A DNA stretch of 64,000 nt from Bdellovibrio sp. (lineage in GTDB: Bacteria > Bdellovibrionota > Bdellovibrionia > Bdellovibrionales > Bdellovibrionaceae): contig JBCNNR010000018.1 in assembly GCA_039594295.1 (NCBI GenBank), positions 15,619 through 79,618 on the forward strand, in the 5' to 3' direction. Below the pieces are notes generated by a model. That model was given only the letters and a program-made list of their open reading frames with translations. It was not told the origin of the DNA and searched no databases. Numbering within the stretch: position 1 is the first letter of the stretch; each line of letters begins with the position of its first letter. The position numbers were made by a program, and so were the translations under genes. Shown here piece by piece: positions 48,088-57,493 of the stretch.

Positions 48088-49497
48088 ATGGACTTGAAAC
48101 CTGGTAGTCATATTCACTTAATGGGGATTTGCGGGACAGCGATGGCGTCCTTGGCAGGTCTTTTGAAAGATCGCGGTTACAAAATCACAGGCAGTGATAT
48201 GAACCCGTACCCACCGATGTCCACGCAGTTGGAAAGCCTGGGAATCAATATTCAAAAAGGTTATAAAGCCGAGAACCTTCATCCAAAACCAGACTTTGTA
48301 ATCGTTGGAAATGTTATTTCCGCAAATAACGAAGAAGCTCAAGAATTGGTGAAGCTGGGTATTCCCTACACGTCTTTGCCAAAAGCAATGGGCGAGTTCA
48401 TCATTGAAAATCGCGAAAGCATCGTGATCTCAGGAACTCACGGAAAAACCACAACAACTTCCATGATGGCTTGGGTTGCGGAAAACGCAGGTAAGAAGCC
48501 TGGTTTCTTAATCGGTGGTATTCCGAAGAACTTCTCACAAAGCTTTAAAAATCCAGAAGGCAACTTGTTCGTTATCGAAGGTGATGAATACGATACGGCT
48601 TTCTTTGATAAAGTTCCAAAGTTCGTTCATTACAAACCAAAACATGCCGTTTTGACATCGGTGGAATTTGACCATGCGGATATCTATAAAGATCTGCAAG
48701 CGGTGAAAGACTCCTTTGCAAAACTCATGCATTTGATTCCCGTCGATGGAACTTTGTTGGCGTGTGCAGAAGACGCCAACGTGATGGAGCTTCGTAAGCT
48801 TTGTAAGGCTAAAAACAATTTCACCTATGGCTTTAAATCCGATGCTGATTTCAGAGCGAAAGTTCTTTTCCAGAATGAAAAAGGCGTGGGTTTCGAAGTT
48901 CACCATAAAGGTGAAATCATGGGGCCTTACAACATGCAGATCACAGGAGATTATAACATCCTGAATGCGACAGCAGTTGTGGCGATGTCTAAAATTCTGG
49001 GCTTTTCAGAAAACAGAATTCAAATCGCGATGGAATCTTTTGAAGGCGTTAAGCGCCGCCAGGAGATCCTGGGGGAGCCGAATGGCATTCTGGTGATCGA
49101 AGACTTCGCCCATCATCCAACAGCGGTGCGTGAGACGGTCAAAGGCATTCAAAAGAAATACCCGGGTCGTAAAGTGTTCTCGGTCTTTGAGCCAAGAAGC
49201 GCAACATCTCGTCGTAAGGTTTTCCAAAAAGATTACGTGGAAGCTTTCAAAGGTTCTCACGAGGTCATGTTGGCCAAGGCCTTTGACCAATCAAAGATCG
49301 ATGCGGAAAATCGTTTTTCATCTCATGAATTGGTTTCTGATCTTAAATCCGCCGGCGTAACCGCGGAAGATTTCGACAGTGCTGATCAAATCGTGACGGC
49401 CCTAAAGACCCGCGCCAAACGCGGTGATGTGATCCTGATTATGTCCAATGGTGGTTTTGATGGGATCTACACGAAGCTTATGAAGGCACTTGAATAG
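48088..49497 (+). CDS. mpl: Murein peptide ligase Mpl (UDP-MurNAc:L-Ala-gamma-D-Glu-mDAP ligase)
   Basis: IH..GICGTAM..LA, SGTHGKTTTTSM, FLIGG.P.NF, EGDEYDTAFFDK.PKF.HY, EFDHADIY, .DFAHHPTA, FEPRS, .MSNGGF. Confidence 0.95.
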   Translation: MDLKPGSHIHLMGICGTAMASLAGLLKDRGYKITGSDMNPYPPMSTQLESLGINIQKGYKAENLHPKPDFVIVGNVISANNEEAQELVKLGIPYTSLPKAMGEFIIENRESIVISGTHGKTTTTSMMAWVAENAGKKPGFLIGGIPKNFSQSFKNPEGNLFVIEGDEYDTAFFDKVPKFVHYKPKHAVLTSVEFDHADIYKDLQAVKDSFAKLMHLIPVDGTLLACAEDANVMELRKLCKAKNNFTYGFKSDADFRAKVLFQNEKGVGFEVHHKGEIMGPYNMQITGDYNILNATAVVAMSKILGFSENRIQIAMESFEGVKRRQEILGEPNGILVIEDFAHHPTAVRETVKGIQKKYPGRKVFSVFEPRSATSRRKVFQKDYVEAFKGSHEVMLAKAFDQSKIDAENRFSSHELVSDLKSAGVTAEDFDSADQIVTALKTRAKRGDVILIMSNGGFDGIYTKLMKALE

Positions 49498-49509
49498 CAA
49501 AGCTCTTAG

Positions 49510-49539
49510 AAGCCCGGCGATATGCGCCCGGGCTTTTTT
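49510..49539. terminator. Bidirectional intrinsic terminator
   Basis: AAGCCCGG-N10-CCGGGCTT-TTTT between the convergent mpl and ABC genes. Confidence 0.7.
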
Positions 49540-50878
49540 ATCGGTGGCGTACTTCAACAATCACTTTCTCTTTGCTGATCTTATTCAGAATTTCATTTAT
49601 CTTTAAAATATTTTCCTGATCCAGATTCGCGTCCCATTCGTCCAGCAACAGATATTTGTTATCTAATAAAGCTGCGTACTCAATATGCTTTAGCATCTTT
49701 TGTCCTGTAGATCCTTCTTGAGCTCCATCAATTTCGAATTGTGGATGAGCTGGTATATAGAATGAGGATTCCAAGGACTCATTTAAATGAAGCATTAATG
49801 TTGATTTTCCAGATCCATTTGAGCCTCTGATTTGAATTCGTGTTGGACCAGAATGGGAAATATTTTTAGAAAGATCTTCGAGGCTGCTATATACCTGATC
49901 TTCAACGCTGATGTTTTTAATTGAAATGCGCGACGATAAATTTGGTTCGTTCAGAATGGCGTTGTCTTGCATGGTTTTGAATTTCGCTTCAAATGAAACC
50001 AAAGACGACACGGTTTGAAAGATGGTTCTAAATGTCGCTAGCATATTTAGTTGACGAGGAATCGCCGCTAAAAGCGCAGCCATCACCTTGACATCACCAT
50101 TGTGACGACTAATGACGACAAAGATTGCGATAATTACCGGAACACTAGCGATAAAAGTTAAGGCTGCGACCATCGTCTCACTCATCAGGGATGAATGGCG
50201 GGATTTTATCTTGGCGTTATTAAAATGCAGATTGAAATTCTTGAGGTAGTTCGCGACAACTTCAGAGTTTTTGAAAAAGATATTTTCCCAGGCTTTAAAT
50301 AAATAGCTCTCAAGTTTGCTTCTTGATTGCTGTTCGGATTCCGCAGCAGACTTTGCCATCTTTTGTAGATATTTAAACGCCGAAAAGGAAAGTAAGCCGG
50401 CGATGATATATGCCGGAATAAACGAAGTATCGAGCGTCAGTCCAATAGCCAAAACACCCAGACCGATGGAAAGAACGAAAGAAAATAGGTCCAAACCCAA
50501 AAAGATAATTACTGCCAAATAGTTCTCGGCTTCAGAGCCAATACAAGAAGTGAAGAGTTCTTTTTGATGTTTTTCCTGCCAGATGCCAGGTCTTTGAGAC
50601 TTGCTTAACAAGTTTTCTTCCAGAAATTTTTTATAAGCGGAAAATCCTAAATTTGTCTCGAGTGGACGTTGGATTAAACCAAAGAACGGTGTAAGTACAT
50701 GGCATATAAGGGCAATCGCTAGCCATATAATCAAGGCGTTCTGGTTTCCCAGGGCGAGCCCCGCTTGTATCAAGGCAAAGGTGCTTGTAACAGCAACAAG
50801 TTGTTGGCCAAGAGTCACTCCCATCAGTTTAAATTGGGAGACTTTATCGACATATTTTAAAATGGATGGAGAAAACAT
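49538..50878 (-). CDS. ABC exporter, fused TMD plus a very short ATPase domain
   Basis: N-terminal TM helices, E...RSKL-type coupling helix, Walker A GSNGSGKST, signature-like GSTGQ, Walker B LLLDEWDANLD, H-loop EVRH. Confidence 0.8.
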   Translation of the reverse strand: MFSPSILKYVDKVSQFKLMGVTLGQQLVAVTSTFALIQAGLALGNQNALIIWLAIALICHVLTPFFGLIQRPLETNLGFSAYKKFLEENLLSKSQRPGIWQEKHQKELFTSCIGSEAENYLAVIIFLGLDLFSFVLSIGLGVLAIGLTLDTSFIPAYIIAGLLSFSAFKYLQKMAKSAAESEQQSRSKLESYLFKAWENIFFKNSEVVANYLKNFNLHFNNAKIKSRHSSLMSETMVAALTFIASVPVIIAIFVVISRHNGDVKVMAALLAAIPRQLNMLATFRTIFQTVSSLVSFEAKFKTMQDNAILNEPNLSSRISIKNISVEDQVYSSLEDLSKNISHSGPTRIQIRGSNGSGKSTLMLHLNESLESSFYIPAHPQFEIDGAQEGSTGQKMLKHIEYAALLDNKYLLLDEWDANLDQENILKINEILNKISKEKVIVEVRHR

Positions 50879-51468
50879 TAGTTAGCCTCCTGGACAAGCC
50901 ATTCGGAAACAATGGTATAGCGATTCCAATTTTTAACTTTGGTTACACTGTGCCAGTTTGTATTGTCTGCAAAAAACAGCACCATTCTGTTTTCCAGTGG
51001 TTGAATAATTTTGGAGTCGTCTATTTGGGTTGCGATGTCATCTTGATGCAATAATAGTTCGCCACCGGATGCTGGATTCCAGTTTGGAGAAAGATAGTAG
51101 ATGCAGACGAGTGAACGTCCGTCTTCCTGATCATCGATATGAGGTGGCATTGGTGGAGAGTTGGGTGTCATCATTCGTAATTGAACGAGGCCCTCTTCGT
51201 AAATTTCAAGTTTCTGGTGAACTGTTTCTTCCAGAAAGGATTTAAATTTATCTCCTAGGAAAAATTTGGCCAGATCAAGATTAGGAAGAAACATAAAGTT
51301 CAGATCAAAGGAATCATTTTCTCTTTTCTGATAACCGTCCGCAACGGAGCAAAGATGCTTTTGGATAGCTTTGAAGTCTTTCTTAGGAAGAAAGTTGTCG
51401 ATTACAAAATGCTTCCAGGGAGTTTCAAATTGATCTACGGACGTCTTTTTAAGAAATGATGTGTTCAT
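50878..51468 (-). CDS. 2OG-Fe(II) oxygenase (prolyl-hydroxylase/Tpa1-like)
   Basis: HID facial-triad motif, .IYYLS..W....GGEL.L, P..NR.V.F, WHSV, R.T; coupled to the ABC gene (TAATG). Confidence 0.88.
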   Translation of the reverse strand: MNTSFLKKTSVDQFETPWKHFVIDNFLPKKDFKAIQKHLCSVADGYQKRENDSFDLNFMFLPNLDLAKFFLGDKFKSFLEETVHQKLEIYEEGLVQLRMMTPNSPPMPPHIDDQEDGRSLVCIYYLSPNWNPASGGELLLHQDDIATQIDDSKIIQPLENRMVLFFADNTNWHSVTKVKNWNRYTIVSEWLVQEAN

Positions 51469-51488
51469 GGATTGCTCTGGTTTGAAGT

Positions 51489-51524
51489 AAAAAAAAAGGG
51501 AGAGGAGGGGTTTTCTCTCCCTTT
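51489..51524 (-). terminator. Terminator/attenuator hairpin between the peptide gene and the oxygenase
   Basis: Minus strand AAAGGGAGAG-N10-CTCTCCCTTT followed by 6 more Ts. Confidence 0.75.
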
Positions 51525-51532
51525 GAAAGAAG

Positions 51533-51676
51533 TTAGTTTTTCTTTTTAGATTTGCGCGAATTCATGATGACTTGAATTTCCGCGGGGATGCTGGATTTCT
51601 CCAAAACTGCGCGAACGCCAGTTCCAGATTTGTTTCTCTCAGCGATAATGTTTTCAAAGATTTCGAATTTGTTCAT
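51533..51676 (-). CDS. 47-aa peptide, candidate RiPP precursor
   Basis: Not in the ORF track. AAAAGGAGATACC-ATG; MNKFEIFENIIAERNKSGTGVRAVLEKSSIPAEIQVIMNSRKSKKKN*; own promoter-like site and own terminator. Confidence 0.8.
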   Translation of the reverse strand: MNKFEIFENIIAERNKSGTGVRAVLEKSSIPAEIQVIMNSRKSKKKN

Positions 51677-51720
51677 GGTATCTCCTTTTGCCGTGATTGG
51701 CGTTGTTGATAAGGAGATAA

Positions 51721-51736
51721 AGCAGGAATAGTGCCG
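51721..51736 (-). promoter_or_regulatory. Sigma54-type promoter for the peptide gene
   Basis: Minus strand CGGCACTATTCCTGCT (GGCAC...TGC, GG-N10-GC), 44 bp upstream of ATG 51676. Confidence 0.55.
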
Positions 51737-51832
51737 CCGATTATCGGTGTTTAAAGTAATATATTAGAGATGGACTCGCGGGAAGTTCTAAATTATTGGA
51801 TTTGAGACTGGGTTTTCGGATCTCTGGTCGGA

Positions 51833-52939
51833 TTAGACCGAGGCGATGAATTTAACAGTCACAGTTGTTGGGAAGTAATAGCCTTTGCGATCGCGCAGAA
51901 TAAAGCTCGGGGAGTTGGAGTCGGGCTCAAGCAGGGTGCGCAGGCGTTTGATGGATACATAGATTAAATTATCGTGGACCTCAGGATCGTAAGGGTAATC
52001 CCAAACTTTTTCGATCAAATAGGATTTCGTAAATCGATGTCCCTGGTTTTGTGCGAACAGTTTTAAAAGGTCGAACAGGATATGTTGATTTTTAAAATCA
52101 ACATATCCTTTGTTGTGGGCTTTTACTTTAAAATTATTCGAATCGATGATTAGATCCGGATCGGATGTGACGTGATTCTCTTTGACGAGTTGAGCTTTCA
52201 CGCTGCGAAGTCTTGTCGAACCTTCGCTGTCCATGCCCTTCATCGCAAGCGAACGATAAATCGCCGCTTCATTGCGTTTGCCTTGAGCCTCGTAAACCGC
52301 TGCCATTTGTACAAGAATATACACGATCAAATAGTGCAGAGAGTTCTGTTGGGCTTTCTCGTAAGCCTTCCAGATCGCATCCAAAGCATCGTCAGCTCGT
52401 TTTTCATCCAAGAAGATATGACTTTTTACGACCAGGCAGCTGGTGTGAATCTCTTCCAGTTTTAACTCTTGAGTCAGAAGCAAAGCCTTGTCGAGGTACT
52501 TTAACGCCTCGATCGGGTTTTCTTTCATTGTGACGATAGCTAACTCCTGAAGAAGTCTGGAAACTGTCTCCAGATCCTGCGCCTGAGTGCACTCATGCAG
52601 GGCCTTTTGGAAATAGTCCTTGGCTTGAGAGTTTTCACCTAAAGCCATTTTCCATAAACCGATATTATGAAGGACTTGACCGTATGTTTCCGGCGAGGAG
52701 TGTTGCTTCTCGTAAACAAGGAGTTTATTGAAGTGCTTATTAAATTGCTCGAGTTTTCCCAGTTCCGAACTTGCCTGAATCAAAAAGCGCACGCCAAATA
52801 GCCAGCTTTGTAAATCTCCGATGGCTTCTGCTTCAAAACAGATTTTTTCGGAGTTTTCACAAGCTTCCTGGTAGTGGCCGCGCTGATAATTCAGCTTGGC
52901 AAGATTGATGTTGGAACTCATTTCACTCAACATGCGCAT
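51833..52939 (-). CDS. TPR-repeat plus C-terminal winged-helix (OmpR/Trans_reg_C-like) regulator
   Basis: Several TPR-like helical pairs (LHNIGL..MALGE...A..YFQKAL); C-terminal LL.L......G..F.K..LIEKVW........NLIYV.IKRLR..LE...........G.Y. Confidence 0.85.
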   Translation of the reverse strand: MRMLSEMSSNINLAKLNYQRGHYQEACENSEKICFEAEAIGDLQSWLFGVRFLIQASSELGKLEQFNKHFNKLLVYEKQHSSPETYGQVLHNIGLWKMALGENSQAKDYFQKALHECTQAQDLETVSRLLQELAIVTMKENPIEALKYLDKALLLTQELKLEEIHTSCLVVKSHIFLDEKRADDALDAIWKAYEKAQQNSLHYLIVYILVQMAAVYEAQGKRNEAAIYRSLAMKGMDSEGSTRLRSVKAQLVKENHVTSDPDLIIDSNNFKVKAHNKGYVDFKNQHILFDLLKLFAQNQGHRFTKSYLIEKVWDYPYDPEVHDNLIYVSIKRLRTLLEPDSNSPSFILRDRKGYYFPTTVTVKFIASV

Positions 52940-53131
52940 CTAAATAGATATTTGTCGGTGAATCGTCAAGATCTTACAGAAAGTGAAATGAGAAAATGTT
53001 CCGAAATCCCAATATATAGGCATGACCACTCGTGACGTCGCTCTCAAATTGAGACGCGTTGGACTCATATTTATCTTCTGTTTAGTTTTTCCGATACGTA
53101 AGGCGAGTTTTTAACGATTAAAGGTGGGACA

Positions 53132-54805
53132 ATGAAGCAGAGTTCATGGTTTAAGGGGATTAAAGGAAAGCTATTGGTCGCGGCGTTGTTGCCTCTGATT
53201 GGCTTTGCAGTTCTGGGATTTGTTTCTTTCACGGGACTTTCTTCCATCAGTGGAATGCTGGGATCCTCTTACACTCATATTATTCCAAATGTCGATGCAT
53301 TGGGACAGATTGAAGGCGGTCGTGCGCGCATTGGTCAGTACTTATGGGGAGCCATCGCGAATTTGAATTTCGAAAAACGTCGTAATATTTATATCGAAAA
53401 ATTAGAGCAGGCATTGAAAGAGTATAATGATGCGGTTGCGGCCTACGAAGCAGCTCCAGATCTTGAGGGCGAGGAGCAGATCTATAAACCCATGAAGGAC
53501 AGTCACGCAAGCTACGTGGCTCACGTGGAGGAATTCGTTCAGCTTCTAAAGACACCGACTCCTGAGAACTACGAAAAGGTTCGTGCGGCGGCGGCTGAGG
53601 GTGCGTATCAGCAGGAATCGGTTCAAATTAAAGGGACTGTTGGAAAAATCACAGCGATGTATACGGACGCCGTGAAGAAAAATAATCTGGAGCAAAAAGC
53701 CGAGACTGAAAAAGTCTTTAAGATGCTGGTGGGCATTGGTCTGGCTTGTAGTTTTGGTGTGTTTTTCGCATTGATAACTATTGCCTCTCGTTTGAGTAAA
53801 AATGTTTCTGAAGTGGTCAATCAGCTTTCTGATTCATGCAATCAGGTGAATATGGCTATCTCGCAGTTGAGCGAAGCAGGACAAAGCTTATCGCAGTCTT
53901 CGACAACGTCAGCGGCTTCGTTAGAGGAGACCGTGGCGGCATTGGAAGAAATGAGTTCAATGGTTTCCATGAATTCCGACAATGCGAAGCAAGCTGCGAG
54001 TTTATCGCAGGCTTCCCGTTCTGCGGCTGAAGACGGTGAGCAGGAGATGCAAAAACTGGTCACTTCTATGCACGGAATTTCTCAGTCTTCTAAAAAGATC
54101 GAAGAGATTATCAATGTCATCGACGATATCGCCTTTCAAACGAATTTGTTGGCCTTGAATGCGGCGGTGGAAGCTGCGCGCGCGGGAGAACAAGGCAAAG
54201 GCTTTGCCGTGGTGGCTGAAGCTGTTCGCAGTTTGGCGCAAAGATCCGCAGTCGCTGCAAAAGACATCAATGGTTTAATCAAAGACTCTGTTAATCAAGT
54301 CGACGATGGATCTAAGATTGCAGATAAAGCCGGTGAGGTTCTTAAGAATATTGTGAACTCGATTAAGAAAGTCTCTGATTTGAATAACGAGATCTCAGCG
54401 GCCAGCTCCGAACAAACGACAGGCATTCAGCAGATCAGCAAAGCCATGAATCAGTTGGATCAAAGTTCCCAAGCGAATGCGGCGTCCTCCGAAGAAATCG
54501 CGGCGACATCAGAGGAAATGGCAGCGCAATCAAAACAAATGTACAACGTCGTGATCACGCTATCGAATGTGGTGATGGGTGGTCACAGCGAAGGCATCGC
54601 AATGGAGTCCCAATCCGAAGCGGTAGAAAACAAGAAGGTTTCTGTCAAAGGTAAGCCTGTTATGTCTGTGCCTAAGAAAGCAGCAAATAATGTCGTAAAA
54701 TTTAAACCACCTGCGAAAGCGGGTAATTCCGGAGAAGTCAAAGCTTCTGAATTGATTCCTTTTGACGACGATACGCGAAAAGTCGGTAATACCGACGGTT
54801 TTTAA
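53132..54805 (+). CDS. Methyl-accepting chemotaxis protein (4HB periplasmic sensor)
   Basis: TM1, four-helix periplasmic region, TM2, [35 protein letters not shown] signalling hairpin, C-terminal NTDGF. Confidence 0.96.
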   Translation: MKQSSWFKGIKGKLLVAALLPLIGFAVLGFVSFTGLSSISGMLGSSYTHIIPNVDALGQIEGGRARIGQYLWGAIANLNFEKRRNIYIEKLEQALKEYNDAVAAYEAAPDLEGEEQIYKPMKDSHASYVAHVEEFVQLLKTPTPENYEKVRAAAAEGAYQQESVQIKGTVGKITAMYTDAVKKNNLEQKAETEKVFKMLVGIGLACSFGVFFALITIASRLSKNVSEVVNQLSDSCNQVNMAISQLSEAGQSLSQSSTTSAASLEETVAALEEMSSMVSMNSDNAKQAASLSQASRSAAEDGEQEMQKLVTSMHGISQSSKKIEEIINVIDDIAFQTNLLALNAAVEAARAGEQGKGFAVVAEAVRSLAQRSAVAAKDINGLIKDSVNQVDDGSKIADKAGEVLKNIVNSIKKVSDLNNEISAASSEQTTGIQQISKAMNQLDQSSQANAASSEEIAATSEEMAAQSKQMYNVVITLSNVVMGGHSEGIAMESQSEAVENKKVSVKGKPVMSVPKKAANNVVKFKPPAKAGNSGEVKASELIPFDDDTRKVGNTDGF

Positions 54806-54831
54806 TAGTTAAACAGAGCTTTAAATAAAAT

Positions 54832-54861
54832 AAAAAGGGGAGTCTTAAGGCTCCTCTTTTT
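54832..54861 (+). terminator. Intrinsic terminator
   Basis: AAAAAGGGGAGTC-TTAA-GGCTCCTCTTTTT. Confidence 0.75.
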
Positions 54862-54937
54862 ATTTCAAAACAAGCGGCGCGTTATTGGTGTTTTGTGAGT
54901 GAAACGGGTGGGTGAGGTGGGGTAGTTTTTTGAGCCT

Positions 54938-57466
54938 ATGTCAGCGAATCTTACACCACTAATGAAGCAGTACTGGGACATTAAATCTGTCCATCAAGAT
55001 AAGATCCTTCTTTTCCGCATGGGGGACTTTTTTGAGATGTTCTTTGATGATGCGGTTAAAGCAGCACCCGTTTTGGGTATTGCACTTACTCAAAGAAACA
55101 AAAAATCCCAAGACGAAACTCCGATGTGCGGGATGCCTCACCACTCTGTTGCGGGTCCGATCAATAAACTTTTGGCCCATGGGTTTAAAGTTGCGATCTG
55201 TGACCAACTTGAAGATCCAAAGGCCGCAAAGGGGATCGTAAAACGCGGAGTCACCCGTGTTCTGACTCCGGGTATGGTGTATGACTCTGACACTTTGGAT
55301 GGTACAAAGCCTCATTACCTGGTAAGTATTGATCAAACTTCGATCAGCTTCCTGGATTCAACAACCGGCGAGGCGTTCTTCTTTAAATCGAAAAACTCTC
55401 AAGAGCTTTTGCGCTTTGTACAGATCTTGCCGGTGGCGGAGATCGTGATCGCGAAAGAGCATGAAGCTTTGCTTGCAGGTCTGGATAATATTTTGATCAG
55501 CCATCACGAAGAAATGATGGATGCAGGAAATGATCTTCTTAAAAATGCAGCCCAGGCTTCGGCGGCAAGACTTTTGAGTTATGTTCTGCAGTTATCCGGC
55601 GAGGAAGCGTTGAAGACTCTTTCTCCGTTCGTGGAAAGAGATCTCGAGCATCGTTTGGAAATTTCCAGTACGACCTTAAGACACTTGGAAGTGTTCTCGA
55701 CTTATAAAGGCGAAGGTTTGGGGAGTTTGTTTCATGCGATCAATCGCACGCAAACTTCAGCAGGCAGTCGTATGCTTCGCCAGTGGTTGAGTTTCCCTTT
55801 GCGTGATGTGAAAGCGATCGAAAATCGCCTGGATTCAGTCGAGTTCTGGCGCAGTCATGTTTTGGAATTAAAGCGCGCTCGGCAAATCCTTGGCCAGATG
55901 GGCGATATCGAACGTCGTCTGGGTAAGATTTCTCAGCCTCAATGCAATGGTCGTGATCTATTGGCCTTAGCTGGCAGTGTTCATGCGGGCGTCAGTGCTT
56001 TGGAGGTTTTTGTTCAAGCGAGTGGTTCAACTGCGAATTTCGAGAGTTTGCGTGAACTTGCTTATAAGATCGAAAGAACACTGGTAGAGGATCCACCTCT
56101 GGCTACGAAGCAGGGTTACCTGATCCGTCAAGGCGTTTCTTCCGAGTTGGATGAGCTGATTGATCTTTCCACGAACGCGCAAGCGTTGGTGGCGAAGATG
56201 GAAGCAGAAGAGAAAGAGAAAACTGGAATCTCCAGTTTGAAAATCCGTTATAACAATGTTTTCGGTTATTATATCGAAATCACAAATTCTCATAAAGACA
56301 AAGTGCCTGCGAACTATCAACGTAAGCAGACTTTGACGAATGCAGAACGCTATTGCACGGACGAATTGGTGGAGCTGGAAAGAAAAGTACTTTCCGCGAA
56401 CACCAAGCGTGCAGATCTTGAGTTTGAATTCTTCGAAACTCTTCGTAAAGAAATTCTCACTCAATGTCCGGCGTTGTTAACACTGGCGCATGAGTGCAGT
56501 GAAATGGATGTGATCTCAAGTCTTGCTTGGTTGAGCCTTGAAGAGAAATATGCGCGCCCTCAATTTACTGAGAACAATTCATTGCAGCTGAAGGCCAGCC
56601 GTCATCCCGTGGTCGAGCAAACGGTGAAAACAAGTTTCGTGGCAAACGATATCGAACTTCATCCGCACTCCTGTCTATTGTTAACTGGACCGAATATGGC
56701 CGGTAAATCGACTTTGATGCGTCAGGTGGCATTGAATGCAATCATGGCGCAAATGGGTTCTTTTGTTCCTGCAGATGAAGCAAAACTTCCGATCTTTGAT
56801 GCGATCTTCACTCGTATCGGGGCAAGCGATCAATTGTCAGAAGGTCTTTCCACTTTCATGGTAGAGATGACTGAGACTTCAGCGATGCTAAAAAATGCGA
56901 CTAAAAACTCTCTGGTGATTCTGGATGAGGTGGGTCGCGGAACCAGCACGTTTGATGGCATGTGTTTGGCGCAATCGATCCTGGAGCACTTGTTAAGCGA
57001 AGTGAAAGCATTAACCTTCTTTGCGACTCACTATCATGAATTGACGACTTTGGATCAAAGCTATGGTCAGATCACAAATTCTCATATGACAGTGGCCGAA
57101 AGAAACGGCGAAATTCGTTTCCTGCATACCTTGGTGAAAGGTCCTGCTTTGAAGTCTTACGGGGTTCAAGTGGCGGAACTTGCCGGTTTGCCAGCGACTG
57201 TCACTAAGCGTGCAAAAAGCTTGTTGCGAGAGATTGAATCAAAACGTGTTCAAGCCAGCAGCCAATTGTCTCTTCTGGACCATGTGGATGAATCCCATGT
57301 GGAAATGGCAGCGGCTTCCGTGGTTGAAGTTCCAGTGATCCCTGAAGGTGTGAAGTCTTTGATGGATGAATTGCAAAAGTATCCGTTGTTGCAATCAAGT
57401 CCACTTGAAGTCATGGGTCAGGTTGCCAAATGGAAAGCCATCGCTGAAAACACCAGCTTGCAATAG
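54938..57466 (+). CDS. mutS: DNA mismatch repair protein MutS
   Basis: TP.M.QY..IK, FRMGDFFE.F, TPG, R.KQTL.NAERY, HPVVE, TGPNMAGKST, STFMVEM, DE.GRGTST.DG, ATHYHEL, SYG..VA.LAG. Confidence 0.98.
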   Translation: MSANLTPLMKQYWDIKSVHQDKILLFRMGDFFEMFFDDAVKAAPVLGIALTQRNKKSQDETPMCGMPHHSVAGPINKLLAHGFKVAICDQLEDPKAAKGIVKRGVTRVLTPGMVYDSDTLDGTKPHYLVSIDQTSISFLDSTTGEAFFFKSKNSQELLRFVQILPVAEIVIAKEHEALLAGLDNILISHHEEMMDAGNDLLKNAAQASAARLLSYVLQLSGEEALKTLSPFVERDLEHRLEISSTTLRHLEVFSTYKGEGLGSLFHAINRTQTSAGSRMLRQWLSFPLRDVKAIENRLDSVEFWRSHVLELKRARQILGQMGDIERRLGKISQPQCNGRDLLALAGSVHAGVSALEVFVQASGSTANFESLRELAYKIERTLVEDPPLATKQGYLIRQGVSSELDELIDLSTNAQALVAKMEAEEKEKTGISSLKIRYNNVFGYYIEITNSHKDKVPANYQRKQTLTNAERYCTDELVELERKVLSANTKRADLEFEFFETLRKEILTQCPALLTLAHECSEMDVISSLAWLSLEEKYARPQFTENNSLQLKASRHPVVEQTVKTSFVANDIELHPHSCLLLTGPNMAGKSTLMRQVALNAIMAQMGSFVPADEAKLPIFDAIFTRIGASDQLSEGLSTFMVEMTETSAMLKNATKNSLVILDEVGRGTSTFDGMCLAQSILEHLLSEVKALTFFATHYHELTTLDQSYGQITNSHMTVAERNGEIRFLHTLVKGPALKSYGVQVAELAGLPATVTKRAKSLLREIESKRVQASSQLSLLDHVDESHVEMAAASVVEVPVIPEGVKSLMDELQKYPLLQSSPLEVMGQVAKWKAIAENTSLQ

Positions 57467-57493
57467 GGGTTAATTTAGCTGATCATTTTAAGT

